A DNA stretch of 64,000 bases from an uncultured Trueperaceae bacterium (GCA_963799485.1 CAWCXJ010000006.1:576001-640000); one strand, 5' to 3'; numbered from the stretch's first letter, positions 48,925 through 59,189 are shown. The notes: a model not told the origin generated them from the letters alone. Numbers and translations are program-made.

Positions 48925-49893
48925 TCAACTCACGCTAATCCCCACCTTGCCTCGGGCGCGACCCGCCTCGAGGTGCCGCACCGCTTCGGCGGCGTCGGTC
49001 AGCGGGAAGCTGCGCTCCAGCATGGGCTTGAGCTCTCCGGCCTCGAGCAGCTCTTTGAGGAACTGCAGGTCCTCTCGCCCCGGTTTCACGGCGAAGGTCC
49101 TGAACTGCTGGCCGCGCCCGGCCATGAGACGCCCGAAGAGCATCACTTGGAAGAGTCGGCGCACCTCGCCGCCCACCAATATGTAGCGCCCCCGCGGGCT
49201 CAAGACGCGCCGGTACTCCCCGGGCGGACGGTAAGCGGCGGCGTCCAAAATCAGGTCGAAACGCTCCGCCAGATGGGTCACGTCCTGCTGGCGGTAGTCG
49301 AGCACCCGGTCCGCGCCGAGGGAGCGCACGTGCTCTAGCTTGGCCGCGCTCGAGAGCGCCGTGACCTCAGCTCCGAAAAGCTTCGCGAGTTGCACCGCGA
49401 AGCCGCCTACTCCGCCCGAAGCGCCCGTGACCAGCACCCGCTGCCCCGCCTGCAACTCGCCGTGGTCGCGCAAGCCCTGGAGCGCGGTGAGGCAGGCTGA
49501 CGGTACGACCGCGGCCTCGTCGAAACTCAGGTTGCCAGGCTTGAGGGCGAGGCTGCCCTCGGACGCCTTGGCATACTCGGCGAAACTGCCGAAGCCGCTC
49601 GCGGAGAGGTCGCCGAAGACCTCGTCCCCGACCCGGAAGCGCGTGACGCCCAGTCCCAGCGCCGCCACCCGGCCCGCCACGTCGGTGCCGAGCACCCGGA
49701 CCTTGGGCTTTCTGAGCCCGAACATGAGCCGGACGACAACGGGCTCGCCCCGCATGAGGTGCCGGTCGCCCGCGTTGACGGAGGCCGCCCGAACCTCGAG
49801 GAGCACCTCGCCCGCGCCGGGTTCGGGCTTGGGGATCTCGGCCAGCTCTAAAGCTTCGGGCGGGCCGTAGCGGTCTAGAACGACGGCTTTCAT
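48925..49893 (-). CDS. NAD(P)-dependent MDR oxidoreductase (zinc-free quinone-reductase-like)
   Basis: MKAVV..YGPPE, AASVN, GASGGVG and GRARGKV motifs. Confidence 0.93.
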   Translation of the reverse strand: MKAVVLDRYGPPEALELAEIPKPEPGAGEVLLEVRAASVNAGDRHLMRGEPVVVRLMFGLRKPKVRVLGTDVAGRVAALGLGVTRFRVGDEVFGDLSASGFGSFAEYAKASEGSLALKPGNLSFDEAAVVPSACLTALQGLRDHGELQAGQRVLVTGASGGVGGFAVQLAKLFGAEVTALSSAAKLEHVRSLGADRVLDYRQQDVTHLAERFDLILDAAAYRPPGEYRRVLSPRGRYILVGGEVRRLFQVMLFGRLMAGRGQQFRTFAVKPGREDLQFLKELLEAGELKPMLERSFPLTDAAEAVRHLEAGRARGKVGISVS

Positions 49894-50135
49894 AAAGCCG
49901 CGCTCGGCATCGCGCGGCGATGTACCCATGTTCGGTGTAGGTCTTTGCACGGACGACAGGACGCTCACCGCACACCTCTCGAGTTTCGGGTTAAGAGTCC
50001 AGCCAGTCCCTTTTTCGTATGCGCCTCTCGCGCCTCTAAAACCGCAGTTCCCTGAACTATTCGCTCGCTTGAACCCTTCATACGCTTCGTACTCCTTACA
50101 GCTGCGACCGACCTGAACTCTACTAGAGTCACAGA

Positions 50136-50167
50136 CTTACGCCATAAGGTAAACCTTATGGCGTAAG
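50136..50167. promoter_or_regulatory. 32-bp palindrome (15-bp perfect arms), likely double TetR operator
   Basis: CTTACGCCATAAGGT-AA-ACCTTATGGCGTAAG between divergent tetR and MDR genes, next to a minus-strand TTGACA. Confidence 0.85.
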
Positions 50168-50230
50168 ATTGTCAAGAGCTAGCCTGAGCCGCCCTAGGTG
50201 ACCGTGCTATAGAAAAATAGGAGACCGCAA

Positions 50231-50899
50231 ATGACGAGAAGAACTAACGCGCGCGTAAAGCCTCGAGCGCCTTTGACAAAAGAACTGATTATAGACACCG
50301 CCCTCCGCCTCGCCGACGAACAGGGCGTCGCCTCACTCTCTATGCACAAGTTGGCGGCAAAGCTAGGCGTCAAGGCGATGTCTTTGTACCATCACGTCGC
50401 CAACAAAGATGAGATTTTAGATGGGATAGTTGATGCGGTTTTCGGCGAGATTGAACTGCCTACAAACGGAACCGCTTGGAAAGCGTCGATGTGGCAGCGC
50501 GCGTTCTCGGCCCGTGAAGCGCTTTTGCGCCACCGCTGGGCCGTCGGACTCTTGGATTCGCGGGCCAATCCCGGCTCAGCAACACTTAGACACCATGACG
50601 CGGTGATCGGGAGCTTGCGGAGGGGAGGCTTTTCTGTTGTCGGAGCAGCGCACGCGTTTTCGGTTCTCGACAGCTATATCTACGGCTTCGTGCTGCAAGA
50701 GCTGACCTTACCGTTTAACACGCCGGACGAATTCGGGGAGGTCGTAGAGACGATCCGTGAGCAGACGACTGCCGAATATCCCCATCTCACCGAGATGACC
50801 GCTGAATTCATCCTAAAACCCGGTTACGCCTACGGTGACGAGTTCGCGTTTGGGCTCGAGCTGATTCTTGATGGGCTCGAGGGCACCCGGGCTAAGTAA
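50231..50899 (+). CDS. TetR-family regulator (TetR_C type)
   Basis: HTH LAAKLGVKAMSLYHHV.NK; C-terminal FAFGLELILDGL. Confidence 0.95.
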   Translation: MTRRTNARVKPRAPLTKELIIDTALRLADEQGVASLSMHKLAAKLGVKAMSLYHHVANKDEILDGIVDAVFGEIELPTNGTAWKASMWQRAFSAREALLRHRWAVGLLDSRANPGSATLRHHDAVIGSLRRGGFSVVGAAHAFSVLDSYIYGFVLQELTLPFNTPDEFGEVVETIREQTTAEYPHLTEMTAEFILKPGYAYGDEFAFGLELILDGLEGTRAK

Positions 50900-51270
50900 G
50901 AGTCGCGCGCGTTAACCGCACATAAGAGCAACCACGTTTTCACGAGTCGATGGCGAAAGGTAAAATCTATCACTCCTTTGTTGCGAGTGGTTCAACGGGC
51001 TTGCCGAGCCTTTATGACGCTCTCCGGGGTTTTGGCGATGGAGAGCTGAGACACAGGAGAGGTGGCAATCTCCTCGGTCTCACCTGCTTTAGGCGAGCTG
51101 GGGTTGATGTTGATCTCCACGAAGATCGGAGCCTCAGTAGGATCGCTGTCATCGGCCAGCGTACCGTAGCCCATGGTGCCGTCTTCCACGAAACTGCTGA
51201 TGAGACAGCGGTTCGGCGGAGTTCTGACAAACGCTCCCGGGGTTGTCTCTCGACCGATGGATGCGAGCGC

Positions 51271-51535
51271 TAAGTACATCCCTTATATACTTTGAGAAAT
51301 AGCCAAACCGTTACGTTTTCTCAAACTCATACCCGAGCAAGACGAGGCCTTACGAGAACTTGAACTGAGTCCGCTGCTAAACGCCAAGGTCAGGTTACGC
51401 GCGACCATCATCCGGCTCAATCACGCGGGTTGGGGCGTACCCAGGCTAGCTGCGCACTTCGGACGCAACCCGCAAAGCGTCCACAATGACCTCGACCGGT
51501 TTGAGCAGTTCGGGGTCGAGGGTCTATCTGACGGG
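51271..51535 (+). mobile_element. IS630-family N-terminal (HTH) relic
   Basis: End TAAGTAC; start decayed to ATA; KVRLRATIIRL...GWGVPRLAAHFGR..QSVHNDLDRFEQFGVEGLSDG. Confidence 0.7.
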
Positions 51536-51647
51536 TTTGGGCGCTGCCGCCGAACATCGGGGTAATGGTTTGCAGCTGAACCGTCCAGCTTTCGGGCGAT
51601 TCAAGTTTAGGTAATGGCGGTGCAGTAGTTGGCGGTGTTCTGGGCAC
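51520..51647 (-). pseudogene. cmr1: N-terminal relic of a type III-B CRISPR RAMP protein (Cmr1-like)
   Basis: SD AGGAGG plus GTG; MPRTPPTTAPPLPKLESPESWTVQLQTITPMFGGSAQ carries the RAMP beta1 L.T.TPMFGG motif; cut off by the IS630 relic. Confidence 0.65.
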
Positions 51648-51663
51648 AGTACCTCCTGTAAAA

Positions 51664-52819
51664 CTCAAGTCTTGCACTTATCCATAGAGAAGTTTAAGGC
51701 GTCGTGGTTGGTTTTGAGAAAGCCTTTCACAGTCAACCATAAGCCGGATAAGACAAACATCTATGAGGGTCTCGAGGACACTTTTAGCGGCTTGTAAAAG
51801 GTTAAGCGTGCGCTGGCTCAGAGAACGTTTGAAGCTTGCTAAGCTAAAGGCTAAACAGGCCGGGAAAATCCAGAAACGGATGCCGTCTTTTGTCCCAAGC
51901 CGTGCTTCTTTAAGACCGAAATCATGCTTAACGGACTTGAAAAACGATTCAATGAGCCACCTGCGGCGATAGCGTTTGGCGAGATAGGCACCGCCAGCCG
52001 CAAAGGTAGCGGCGACGTAGAAGCGCTTTTTACCACCCTCACGTTTGACGTCGCACCAACTTAGCCATAGCGGTAAGTCAGCTAGGTCACGAAGGGCAAG
52101 CTGTTCACCACGCTTGCTAAGTTCACTGAGCTTACGTCCATCAGCTAAACGGTGGTTGCACTTCATGCCGACGAGTAAACGTGTAAAGCCCAAACTTTGG
52201 CAACCGGTAATGAAGTCGCAGCTGCTAAAGCCTGAATCAGCCATGACGACAACGCGTACTCCAAAGCGTGAGGCGGGGAACTCAGCCAAGAGTTCGAGTG
52301 CCAACTCCACCACGCTCGGCTTACCTTTGCCCTGATAGATGCGGTAGCCCAAAGGAACTCTAAAGCTGTCTACGCAGGCGTGCAGAACTACGAGTTGAAT
52401 ACTAAAGCGTTTGTTAAACACTCGCGCAAAAGGGATACGCTTGCCCGTCTTCTCGCTACAGGTGAGGTCAAGCTTCAAGAGTACGTCGCCCCGTCTGCCC
52501 CGTCTCGGCAACCGAGCGAACCGGGCAAACTGCCACGCATTCAACGCTTCCCAAAACACTGCCTCGGGCGCGTGATGACACGACAGAAAGCGGCTCGCGG
52601 TACTTGCTGAAATACCCGTTCTGCAAGGTGGTTTTTAGCTCAGTATCTGGAAACAGCGCGACAAGGGCTCTAAACGTCCTGACTTCTCGCCTATTCCAAA
52701 GCAAGCTCTCGAGGCTTTTTAGTAGACTATTGACGTGCTGGTTGGGTTGAGTTCTCACACCCTCAAACTACCAACTAGCACATACTTTTTCATCGTTGCG
52801 GGTTTTTGCAAGGCTTGAG
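51664..52819 (-). mobile_element. IS (IS701/IS4-like DDE) with a frameshifted transposase and a 5-bp TSD
   Basis: IRs CTCAAG(T/C)CTTGCA; TAAAA duplicated at 51659-51663 and 52820-52824; LDLT, ADSGF and RW.IESFFK motifs split across ORFs 52468-52758 and 51678-52559. Confidence 0.88.
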
Positions 52820-52868
52820 TAAAACGTGCCCCTCGTATCCTGGTATCCCGGTAAGTTATCCTGAACAC

Positions 52869-54734
52869 GTGTCGCGTATTCCTACCGGTGAACTGCTCGA
52901 TGAACGCTATGAGGTCGTCGGCGCTTTGGGGCAGGGCGGCATGGCACACGTTTACCGCGCTTTCGACCGGCACTTGGAGCGCGAAGTCGCACTCAAAGTT
53001 TTGCGTCCGCACCTGACCGAGGCCGATACCGAGCGCTTTCGCCGCGAGATTATGACGCTTGCCAAATTCAGCCACCCGAACATCGTGAGTATCTACGATC
53101 TCGGGCGCGGCGACCACGTGTACTTCGCCATGGAGCTGATTTCCGGCGGGCCGCTGACCGAACTCGGGCCGCTTGGGGCCGACCCCGAACCGCTGCTGCA
53201 CTTTTTAGAGACTGCTGTAAGGGTTGCCGAGGCGCTCGCGTATGTTCACCGCCTGGGGATGGTCCACCGCGACCTTACCCCGCGCAACATTCTCTTAACC
53301 CCCGAAGGCCATCCCAAGGTAATGGACTTCGGGCTCGTACAGCTCGCCGAGTCGAGCCGTCAGCTGACCCGCACCGGCCTGACGCTCGGCACGCCGCAAT
53401 ATATGGCTCCGGAGCAGGCCCAGGGCGGCCTAACCGGGGCGCACACCGACCTCTACGCGCTCGGGGCGGTGCTTTACAAAACCGTTACCGGGGTCGCCCC
53501 TTTCGAGGCCGAAAACGACCTCACACTTCTCTATCAGCATGTTTACGGCACGCTCATTGCGCCCATCGATCTCAACCCGGCACTACCAAAAAGTCTCTCC
53601 GACCTCATCGTCAGCTTATTGGCGAAAAGTCCATTAGAGCGCCCCGCTTCCGGTGAACGCGTCGCCGACGCTCTTAAGACAGTTCAGGCAACTGTCGCCC
53701 GGCAGAGCAGCGCCGAGCGGCTCGGCGGGCCGGGGCAGCACGGCGTCTTTACCGGGGGGCCGGTCAATCCGGAAGGGCTCAACAGGGTCTGGCGCAGCAA
53801 ACTCGCCGCAGGCCCGCAGTGGCCGGGGGCGCTTACGGCAGCTGCCGGGTTTTTGCTCCTCGGCTTGCGGAGCGAAGAGGTGGTGGTGCTGCACCCGAGT
53901 GACGGGGGCGTTCAGGCACGTTTTGAAACCGATGATGAGGTCAACAGCGCTATTGTCAGCGTTGGGGACACGCTCCTCTATACGAGCCGTTCGGGGAGTC
54001 TAAGCGCACACCGCTGGCCGGGCGGTGCGCTGCTCTGGCGTGACGAAAACGCCGGGGTCGCCGGGTTTGTACCCTACGCCGGAAGTTTGTTTTTAGGGAC
54101 GGCGGGGGGGCTCGAGCGCCGCACCCTACAAAACGAACAGCTGTGGCGCTACCCCAGCGACCCTGCTGAAACCGCGCCGACCGTTTGCGGCACAGCACAT
54201 CATGCAGTGCTCTGCTACCTCACGCGTTCGGGTTGGCTCCACGGTGTCGGGTTAGGTGGCGAGGGCCGTTTCAAGGCACAGTTCGGTGAGGTGACAGCCC
54301 AACCTGCCGCAAAAGGGAACCTGCTCCTGCTGCCTGAACGCAGCGGCGACCTGCACGCGTTTAGCCTGGAGACCTTCGAGGTACTCTGGAGCTACGACAT
54401 GGAAGGGCCGCTATGGGCCTCACCGCTCGTCTGGGGCCCGTATGTCTACAGCGTGTCGTGGGCCGGAGTGATGCGCTCTTTGTCGCTCCAAACCGGCGAC
54501 GACCTCTGGGAAACGTCGCTCGGCAGCCGCGTCACGGCGACGCCGATACTCGCCGGGGGCGTCCTCTACGTCGCCACCGAGACAGGTGAACTCTTCATCC
54601 TCGACGCGCGCAGCGGTCGGGTGCTGTTTCGTGAACAGGTCGCTCAGAGCCCCATTCAGGCCAGTCCGCTGGTTTTGGGCGACACGCTTTTCGTTGCAGC
54701 CCTAGACGGTACCGTGCGCGCTTACCGCGCCTGA
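52869..54734 (+). CDS. Ser/Thr protein kinase with C-terminal PQQ-like beta-propeller
   Basis: GQGGMA, VALK, HRDLTPRN, DFG and APE motifs; Trp-docking repeats. Leaderless GTG 6 nt after TATCCT. Confidence 0.95.
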   Translation: MSRIPTGELLDERYEVVGALGQGGMAHVYRAFDRHLEREVALKVLRPHLTEADTERFRREIMTLAKFSHPNIVSIYDLGRGDHVYFAMELISGGPLTELGPLGADPEPLLHFLETAVRVAEALAYVHRLGMVHRDLTPRNILLTPEGHPKVMDFGLVQLAESSRQLTRTGLTLGTPQYMAPEQAQGGLTGAHTDLYALGAVLYKTVTGVAPFEAENDLTLLYQHVYGTLIAPIDLNPALPKSLSDLIVSLLAKSPLERPASGERVADALKTVQATVARQSSAERLGGPGQHGVFTGGPVNPEGLNRVWRSKLAAGPQWPGALTAAAGFLLLGLRSEEVVVLHPSDGGVQARFETDDEVNSAIVSVGDTLLYTSRSGSLSAHRWPGGALLWRDENAGVAGFVPYAGSLFLGTAGGLERRTLQNEQLWRYPSDPAETAPTVCGTAHHAVLCYLTRSGWLHGVGLGGEGRFKAQFGEVTAQPAAKGNLLLLPERSGDLHAFSLETFEVLWSYDMEGPLWASPLVWGPYVYSVSWAGVMRSLSLQTGDDLWETSLGSRVTATPILAGGVLYVATETGELFILDARSGRVLFREQVAQSPIQASPLVLGDTLFVAALDGTVRAYRA

Positions 54735-54760
54735 AACCGAAACCTCGTCGTGTACACAGA

Positions 54761-54788
54761 CTGACAGTAGCCTGACACAGTTCTGACA
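54761..54788. promoter_or_regulatory. Pho-box-like array of three CTGACA at 11-bp period
   Basis: CTGACA at 54761, 54772 and 54783, upstream of a TACACT -10 and the ugp-like operon. Confidence 0.7.
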
Positions 54789-54856
54789 AGCTGGTTTATT
54801 GTGACCGGCGTATCTGTTACACTGGCTGGAGCATCGTTTTAATCAAAGGAGATTTT

Positions 54857-56161
54857 ATGAAGCGTCTGCTATTTTTGATCTTGGCCCTCGGTCTGGCAAC
54901 CGGCTTGGCCTCCGCCTCCGCCCAAACCCAGCTCACCTTCTGGCACGCCTTTAACGACGAACCGCGTTCGAACTGGATTGAAGAACGCGCCGCCGAGTGG
55001 AGTGCGCAAAACCCCGATTTTGTCATGAACGTCGAAGCGAAGGGCACATATCCGGAAACACTTCAGGCTGCGATTTTAGGCGCGCGGCAGGGCGACACAC
55101 CGCACATCGTGCAGGTCTACGAAATCGGCTCGCAACTTGCGCTCGACGCCGGCATCTTTACGCCGGTCGGTGAGGTCGAAGGCGACTTCGACTTTTCGGA
55201 CTACATCGAGCCTGTTTTGAACTACTACACGATCAACGGGCAGGTCAATTCGATCCCGTTTAACTCGTCGTCGCCCATTTTATACACCAACAAAACGTTG
55301 ATGGCGCAAGCCGGGCTCGACCCGGAAAACCCGCCTGAAACTTACGGCGAGATTATCAACGCGTGCGAAACCATTGCAGCGTCGGACGTGCCGGCAGATT
55401 GTTTCGGCGTGAGCTTGAACGGCTGGTTTTTCGAGCAGTGGATGGCGGAGCAGAACGCAAACTTGCTCAATGAGGGCAACGGGCGTGATGGACGCGCCAC
55501 TGAAGTCAACTTTGAGAGCGAAGCGTTTAAGAACATCGCCAACTTTTTCAAAACGATGAACGACGCCGGCTACTACACCTATACGGGAGCGCTCGAGGAC
55601 TGGGACGGCTCCGCCGCGATTTTCACAAATCAGCAGTCGGTCTTCCTCATCACCTCGACCGCCGACCTCGGCAACCTGACAACGGCGGCTGAGGAGAGCG
55701 GCTTCGAGATTGGGGCCGGACTTTTGCCTATTCCCGACGGCACAGAGCGTAACGGGGTCGTGATCGGCGGCGCGAGCTTGTGGCTCGTAGCCGACAAACC
55801 CCCCGAAGAGCAGGCCGCCGCACTTGATTTCATCCTCTATATGACCAACACCGAGAACATGGTGTCGTGGCACAAGTTGACCGGTTACTACCCGGTTCGT
55901 AACTCGTCGGTCGAGGCGCTCCGTGAAGAGGGCTGGTTCGAGCAGTTTCCTAACTACAGCGTCGCCTTTAATCAGCTTTTGGATACAAACGTCAATCAGG
56001 CCACCGCCGGGGCGCTCAGCGGCAACATGCAGGAGATTCGCACGATTACCGAAGAGACGATGCAGCGTATTTTCGGGGGCGGCGCGGTTGACGCCGAACT
56101 CGCGCGGGCTGCCGAGCAGGCCGCCGCCCGGCTCGCAGAGTACAACAGCAACTTTCGATAG
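54857..56161 (+). CDS. ABC substrate-binding protein (UgpB-like)
   Basis: Signal peptide; FWHA, PFNSSSPILY, GGASLW and WH..TGY.P motifs. Confidence 0.9.
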   Translation: MKRLLFLILALGLATGLASASAQTQLTFWHAFNDEPRSNWIEERAAEWSAQNPDFVMNVEAKGTYPETLQAAILGARQGDTPHIVQVYEIGSQLALDAGIFTPVGEVEGDFDFSDYIEPVLNYYTINGQVNSIPFNSSSPILYTNKTLMAQAGLDPENPPETYGEIINACETIAASDVPADCFGVSLNGWFFEQWMAEQNANLLNEGNGRDGRATEVNFESEAFKNIANFFKTMNDAGYYTYTGALEDWDGSAAIFTNQQSVFLITSTADLGNLTTAAEESGFEIGAGLLPIPDGTERNGVVIGGASLWLVADKPPEEQAAALDFILYMTNTENMVSWHKLTGYYPVRNSSVEALREEGWFEQFPNYSVAFNQLLDTNVNQATAGALSGNMQEIRTITEETMQRIFGGGAVDAELARAAEQAAARLAEYNSNFR

Positions 56162-56228
56162 GTTATCTTTACGGCTTCGGGCTGCGTGACGCGGCCCGAA
56201 GTTTCGTTAGCTTGGGTATGGAGGTAAG

Positions 56229-57155
56229 GTGCAACCTGTATTTAAGAGTCGTTCACTGGCGTGGCTGTTGCTGCTACCGACGCTGATTATTTTATTGATA
56301 TTTATCTACTATCCGCTGCTTAAATCGTTCGTCTCGAGCCTCTACCGCAGCAACCTCTTTTTGGGCACGTGGCAGTTTGCCGGACTGGAAAACTTCCGCT
56401 CGCTCTTTACCGGTCCACTCGCTCCGGCCTACATTCAGGCGCTCGTTCAAACGGTCGTTTTCAGTCTTCTGGTCGTCTCTATCGGGCTCTTGTTCAGCCT
56501 CGGGATTGCCACACTTGCCAATCAACCCGTGCGCGGCGCACGCGTGTACCGGCTGCTGCTCATCTGGCCCTTCGCTCTCTCACCCGCCGTTGCCGGAACT
56601 ATCTTTTTATTTATCTTCAACCCGCAAGTCGGCATCGCCAACGATATTCTGGGCACAACCCTGGGGATTCGCCCTCGCTGGCTCGATACCCCGCTCCTGA
56701 CGTTTTCACTCGTCACCGCCGCCGCCATCTGGAAAAACCTGGGCTACAACATCGTCTTTTACCTTGCGGCGCTCCGCAACATCCCCGGTGAACTCGGTGA
56801 AGCCGGACAGTTAGACGGGGCGAACGGCTGGCAGCGGTTCTGGCGCATCACCTTTCCGCTGCTGAGCCCGATGACCTTTTTTCTGGTATTTACCAACCTG
56901 ACCTTTTCGTTTTTCGACACCTTCGGGCTCATCGACATCATGACCAGCGGCGGCCCAATCGGACGCCCGCCCCTTGATGAAACGGGCGTGACCACGACGC
57001 TTATCTACAAAATCTTTCAAGACGGCTTTAGTGGGACGGGCAACTTGGGCGTCGCGGCAGCGCAAAGTATCGTGCTGCTCTTTATCGTCGCGGGGATTGC
57101 GCTGTTGCAATTTCGTTTCGGCAACCGCCGCGTCTACTACGGGGGCGATCAGTGA
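56229..57155 (+). CDS. ABC permease (UgpA-like)
   Basis: WKNLGYNIVFYLAAL, EAA loop and FPLLSPMTFFL. Confidence 0.92.
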   Translation: MQPVFKSRSLAWLLLLPTLIILLIFIYYPLLKSFVSSLYRSNLFLGTWQFAGLENFRSLFTGPLAPAYIQALVQTVVFSLLVVSIGLLFSLGIATLANQPVRGARVYRLLLIWPFALSPAVAGTIFLFIFNPQVGIANDILGTTLGIRPRWLDTPLLTFSLVTAAAIWKNLGYNIVFYLAALRNIPGELGEAGQLDGANGWQRFWRITFPLLSPMTFFLVFTNLTFSFFDTFGLIDIMTSGGPIGRPPLDETGVTTTLIYKIFQDGFSGTGNLGVAAAQSIVLLFIVAGIALLQFRFGNRRVYYGGDQ

Positions 57156-57165
57156 GAGGTAAACC

Positions 57166-58053
57166 TTGAAGCGCAACACCTTTTGGATTCACCTGCTGCT
57201 GATTCTGGCGTGTCTGCTCGTGACCGCGCCCATCTTGTTTGCTCTGGTCAAAGCAACGCAGACGCGGGCGCAAGTTCTCTCGCCGAGTCTGGTTCCCGGC
57301 ACCATGCTCTGGGAGAACGTCCGGGCGGCGTGGACGGGGGGCAATCTGGGTATCTACATGCGGAACTCGCTCATCGTCGCGGCGGCGGTGACGTTCGGCA
57401 AAACGCTCTTGTCGCTGATGGCAGCGACCGCGCTCGTGTACTTCGAGTTTCCCTTCCGGCGGCTCGTGTTCGGGCTCATTTTGCTGACCCTGATGACGCC
57501 TTTAGAGGTTCTCGTGTTGCCACTCTTCGACCTCATCTCACAGCAGCCGCCCGAATCGTGGCGCGTTTTTTGGGAATGGTTTCGCAATCCGGTCGATGTG
57601 TTTTTAAGTCCGATTCAGTACGGGTTTGGCTGGGCCAACACCTATTGGGCCATTATCGTGCCCTTTCTAGCGTCGGCAACGGGCGTGTTTTTGTTCAATC
57701 AGCACTTTCGCTCGATTCCGCGCAGCTTGGCCGACGCCGCTAAAATCGACGGGGCCGGGCCGGTGCGTTTTTTACGGAGTGTGCTGATTCCGATGAGCTG
57801 GAACACCATCGGGGCGCTGGCAGTCATTCAGTTCATCTATGTGTGGGATCAGTATCTGTGGCCGCGTATCATCATCCGGCGCAACGAAACACAGGTCGTA
57901 CAAATTGGCCTGAATGCGCTCGTGTCGGGCGACCGGGTAGAGTGGGGCCAGGTGATGGCGGCGGCGCTCTTGACGATTATCCCGCCGCTTATCGTCTTCG
58001 GCCTGCTGCAAGAGCAGTTTATGCGCGGGTTTGCGCTCTCGAGCGACAAGTAG
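57166..58053 (+). CDS. ABC permease (UgpE-like)
   Basis: ASATGVFLF.Q.F, DAAKIDGAG and WDQYLWP motifs. Confidence 0.92.
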   Translation: MKRNTFWIHLLLILACLLVTAPILFALVKATQTRAQVLSPSLVPGTMLWENVRAAWTGGNLGIYMRNSLIVAAAVTFGKTLLSLMAATALVYFEFPFRRLVFGLILLTLMTPLEVLVLPLFDLISQQPPESWRVFWEWFRNPVDVFLSPIQYGFGWANTYWAIIVPFLASATGVFLFNQHFRSIPRSLADAAKIDGAGPVRFLRSVLIPMSWNTIGALAVIQFIYVWDQYLWPRIIIRRNETQVVQIGLNALVSGDRVEWGQVMAAALLTIIPPLIVFGLLQEQFMRGFALSSDK

Positions 58054-58199
58054 CCGCTACCGGCGTGGTACGAACGCGTATTCACGTGCACGTCTTAGGA
58101 ACAAACCGGAGCAGTGCGTGAGCGCTGCGCCGCGCCACCTAACATGAGACCGTACAATACGGCTATGCAGCACTTGACGACACCGACCGGGGCAGCCTG

Positions 58200-58934
58200 A
58201 TGACCACGAACCAGCGAACCCGCACCGTGTTCGTCGCAGAGCACGATGAACGACTTTTGCAACTTATCGAACTAGCCCTTAGTGCAAAGGGATACGCAGT
58301 TCTCAGTGCGCGGTTCGGCGCGGAGGTGCTCGCGGGGCTCGAGCACACCACCCCCGCACTTATCGTGCTCGGACATCTGCCCGACCTGAGCACCGCCGAA
58401 CTCACCCGGCGCATCTGCCTGGTTCCCCGTTTGCAAAACGTTCCGCTGCTGCTTACGAGCGGTGAAGCGGCCCCTGAGGTGGGCGCTGTTCTCACGCGTC
58501 CCTTTACCGGCACAGCCCTTACGGGCGCGGTTGAACGCCTTCTTGGAAACTCGCCGTCTGTCGGTGCGAGGAGCGCGCACACCGTTATGGTCATCGAAGA
58601 CAGCGCTGCCCTGCGTGGGCTAATCACCGATATCTTGCATCGGCAGGGGTTCGGTATCGAAACAGCGGAGAATGTACCGCAGGCGAAAGCTTTAATCAAA
58701 CGCCGCGCCAACGACGTCAGCCTCATCCTCTTGGACGTAAACCTCCCCGGTGGTACCGGCTTCGAGCTTTTGGAGCTGATCCGGCAGCGCTCGAGCGTCC
58801 CGGTGTTTATCCTCTCGGCTTTGCGGCAGCAAGAGCAGATGCAGCGGGGACAGGCGCTCGGGGCACAAGCATTTATCGAAAAACCGTTTAATCCCAGAGA
58901 ACTCGTCCGGAAAATCCGTGACGTTTTGACCTAG
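58200..58934 (+). CDS. Tandem receiver-domain response regulator (first domain degenerate)
   Basis: Second REC has IEDS, LDVNLP and KPF; the first lacks the phospho-Asp (VLGHLP). Confidence 0.85.
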   Translation: MTTNQRTRTVFVAEHDERLLQLIELALSAKGYAVLSARFGAEVLAGLEHTTPALIVLGHLPDLSTAELTRRICLVPRLQNVPLLLTSGEAAPEVGAVLTRPFTGTALTGAVERLLGNSPSVGARSAHTVMVIEDSAALRGLITDILHRQGFGIETAENVPQAKALIKRRANDVSLILLDVNLPGGTGFELLELIRQRSSVPVFILSALRQQEQMQRGQALGAQAFIEKPFNPRELVRKIRDVLT

Positions 58935-58971
58935 ACTTCAGCCTGAATTTCAATGACCAAGCTCGTTTCTA

Positions 58972-59149
58972 AGACCCATCAAACAGCCTCACTGCTCACG
59001 ACAAATGTAAATTTTCACGAGTATAGCAATTCCCAAAAGCATTGAATTACTACCTCAGATAGCAGCTTCTTCGTTTGAAACGGGCAGCTTTGGCTCTAGC
59101 CTGGTGCCGCCTGTGCCAAAAAGACCAAGTGGGAATTTGTGATGGGTCT
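58972..59149. mobile_element. Candidate 178-bp MITE
   Basis: Terminal inverted repeats AGACCCATCA / TGATGGGTCT around AT-richer non-coding DNA. Confidence 0.5.
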
Positions 59150-59189
59150 AGAGAATCAGCACTGCCAATCCTCACCGCTACAGGTTAAG

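Noticed and set aside
50950..51279. Overlapping ORFs downstream of tetR
   Set aside because: No recognisable domain or start signal, adjacent to IS debris; cannot be called.
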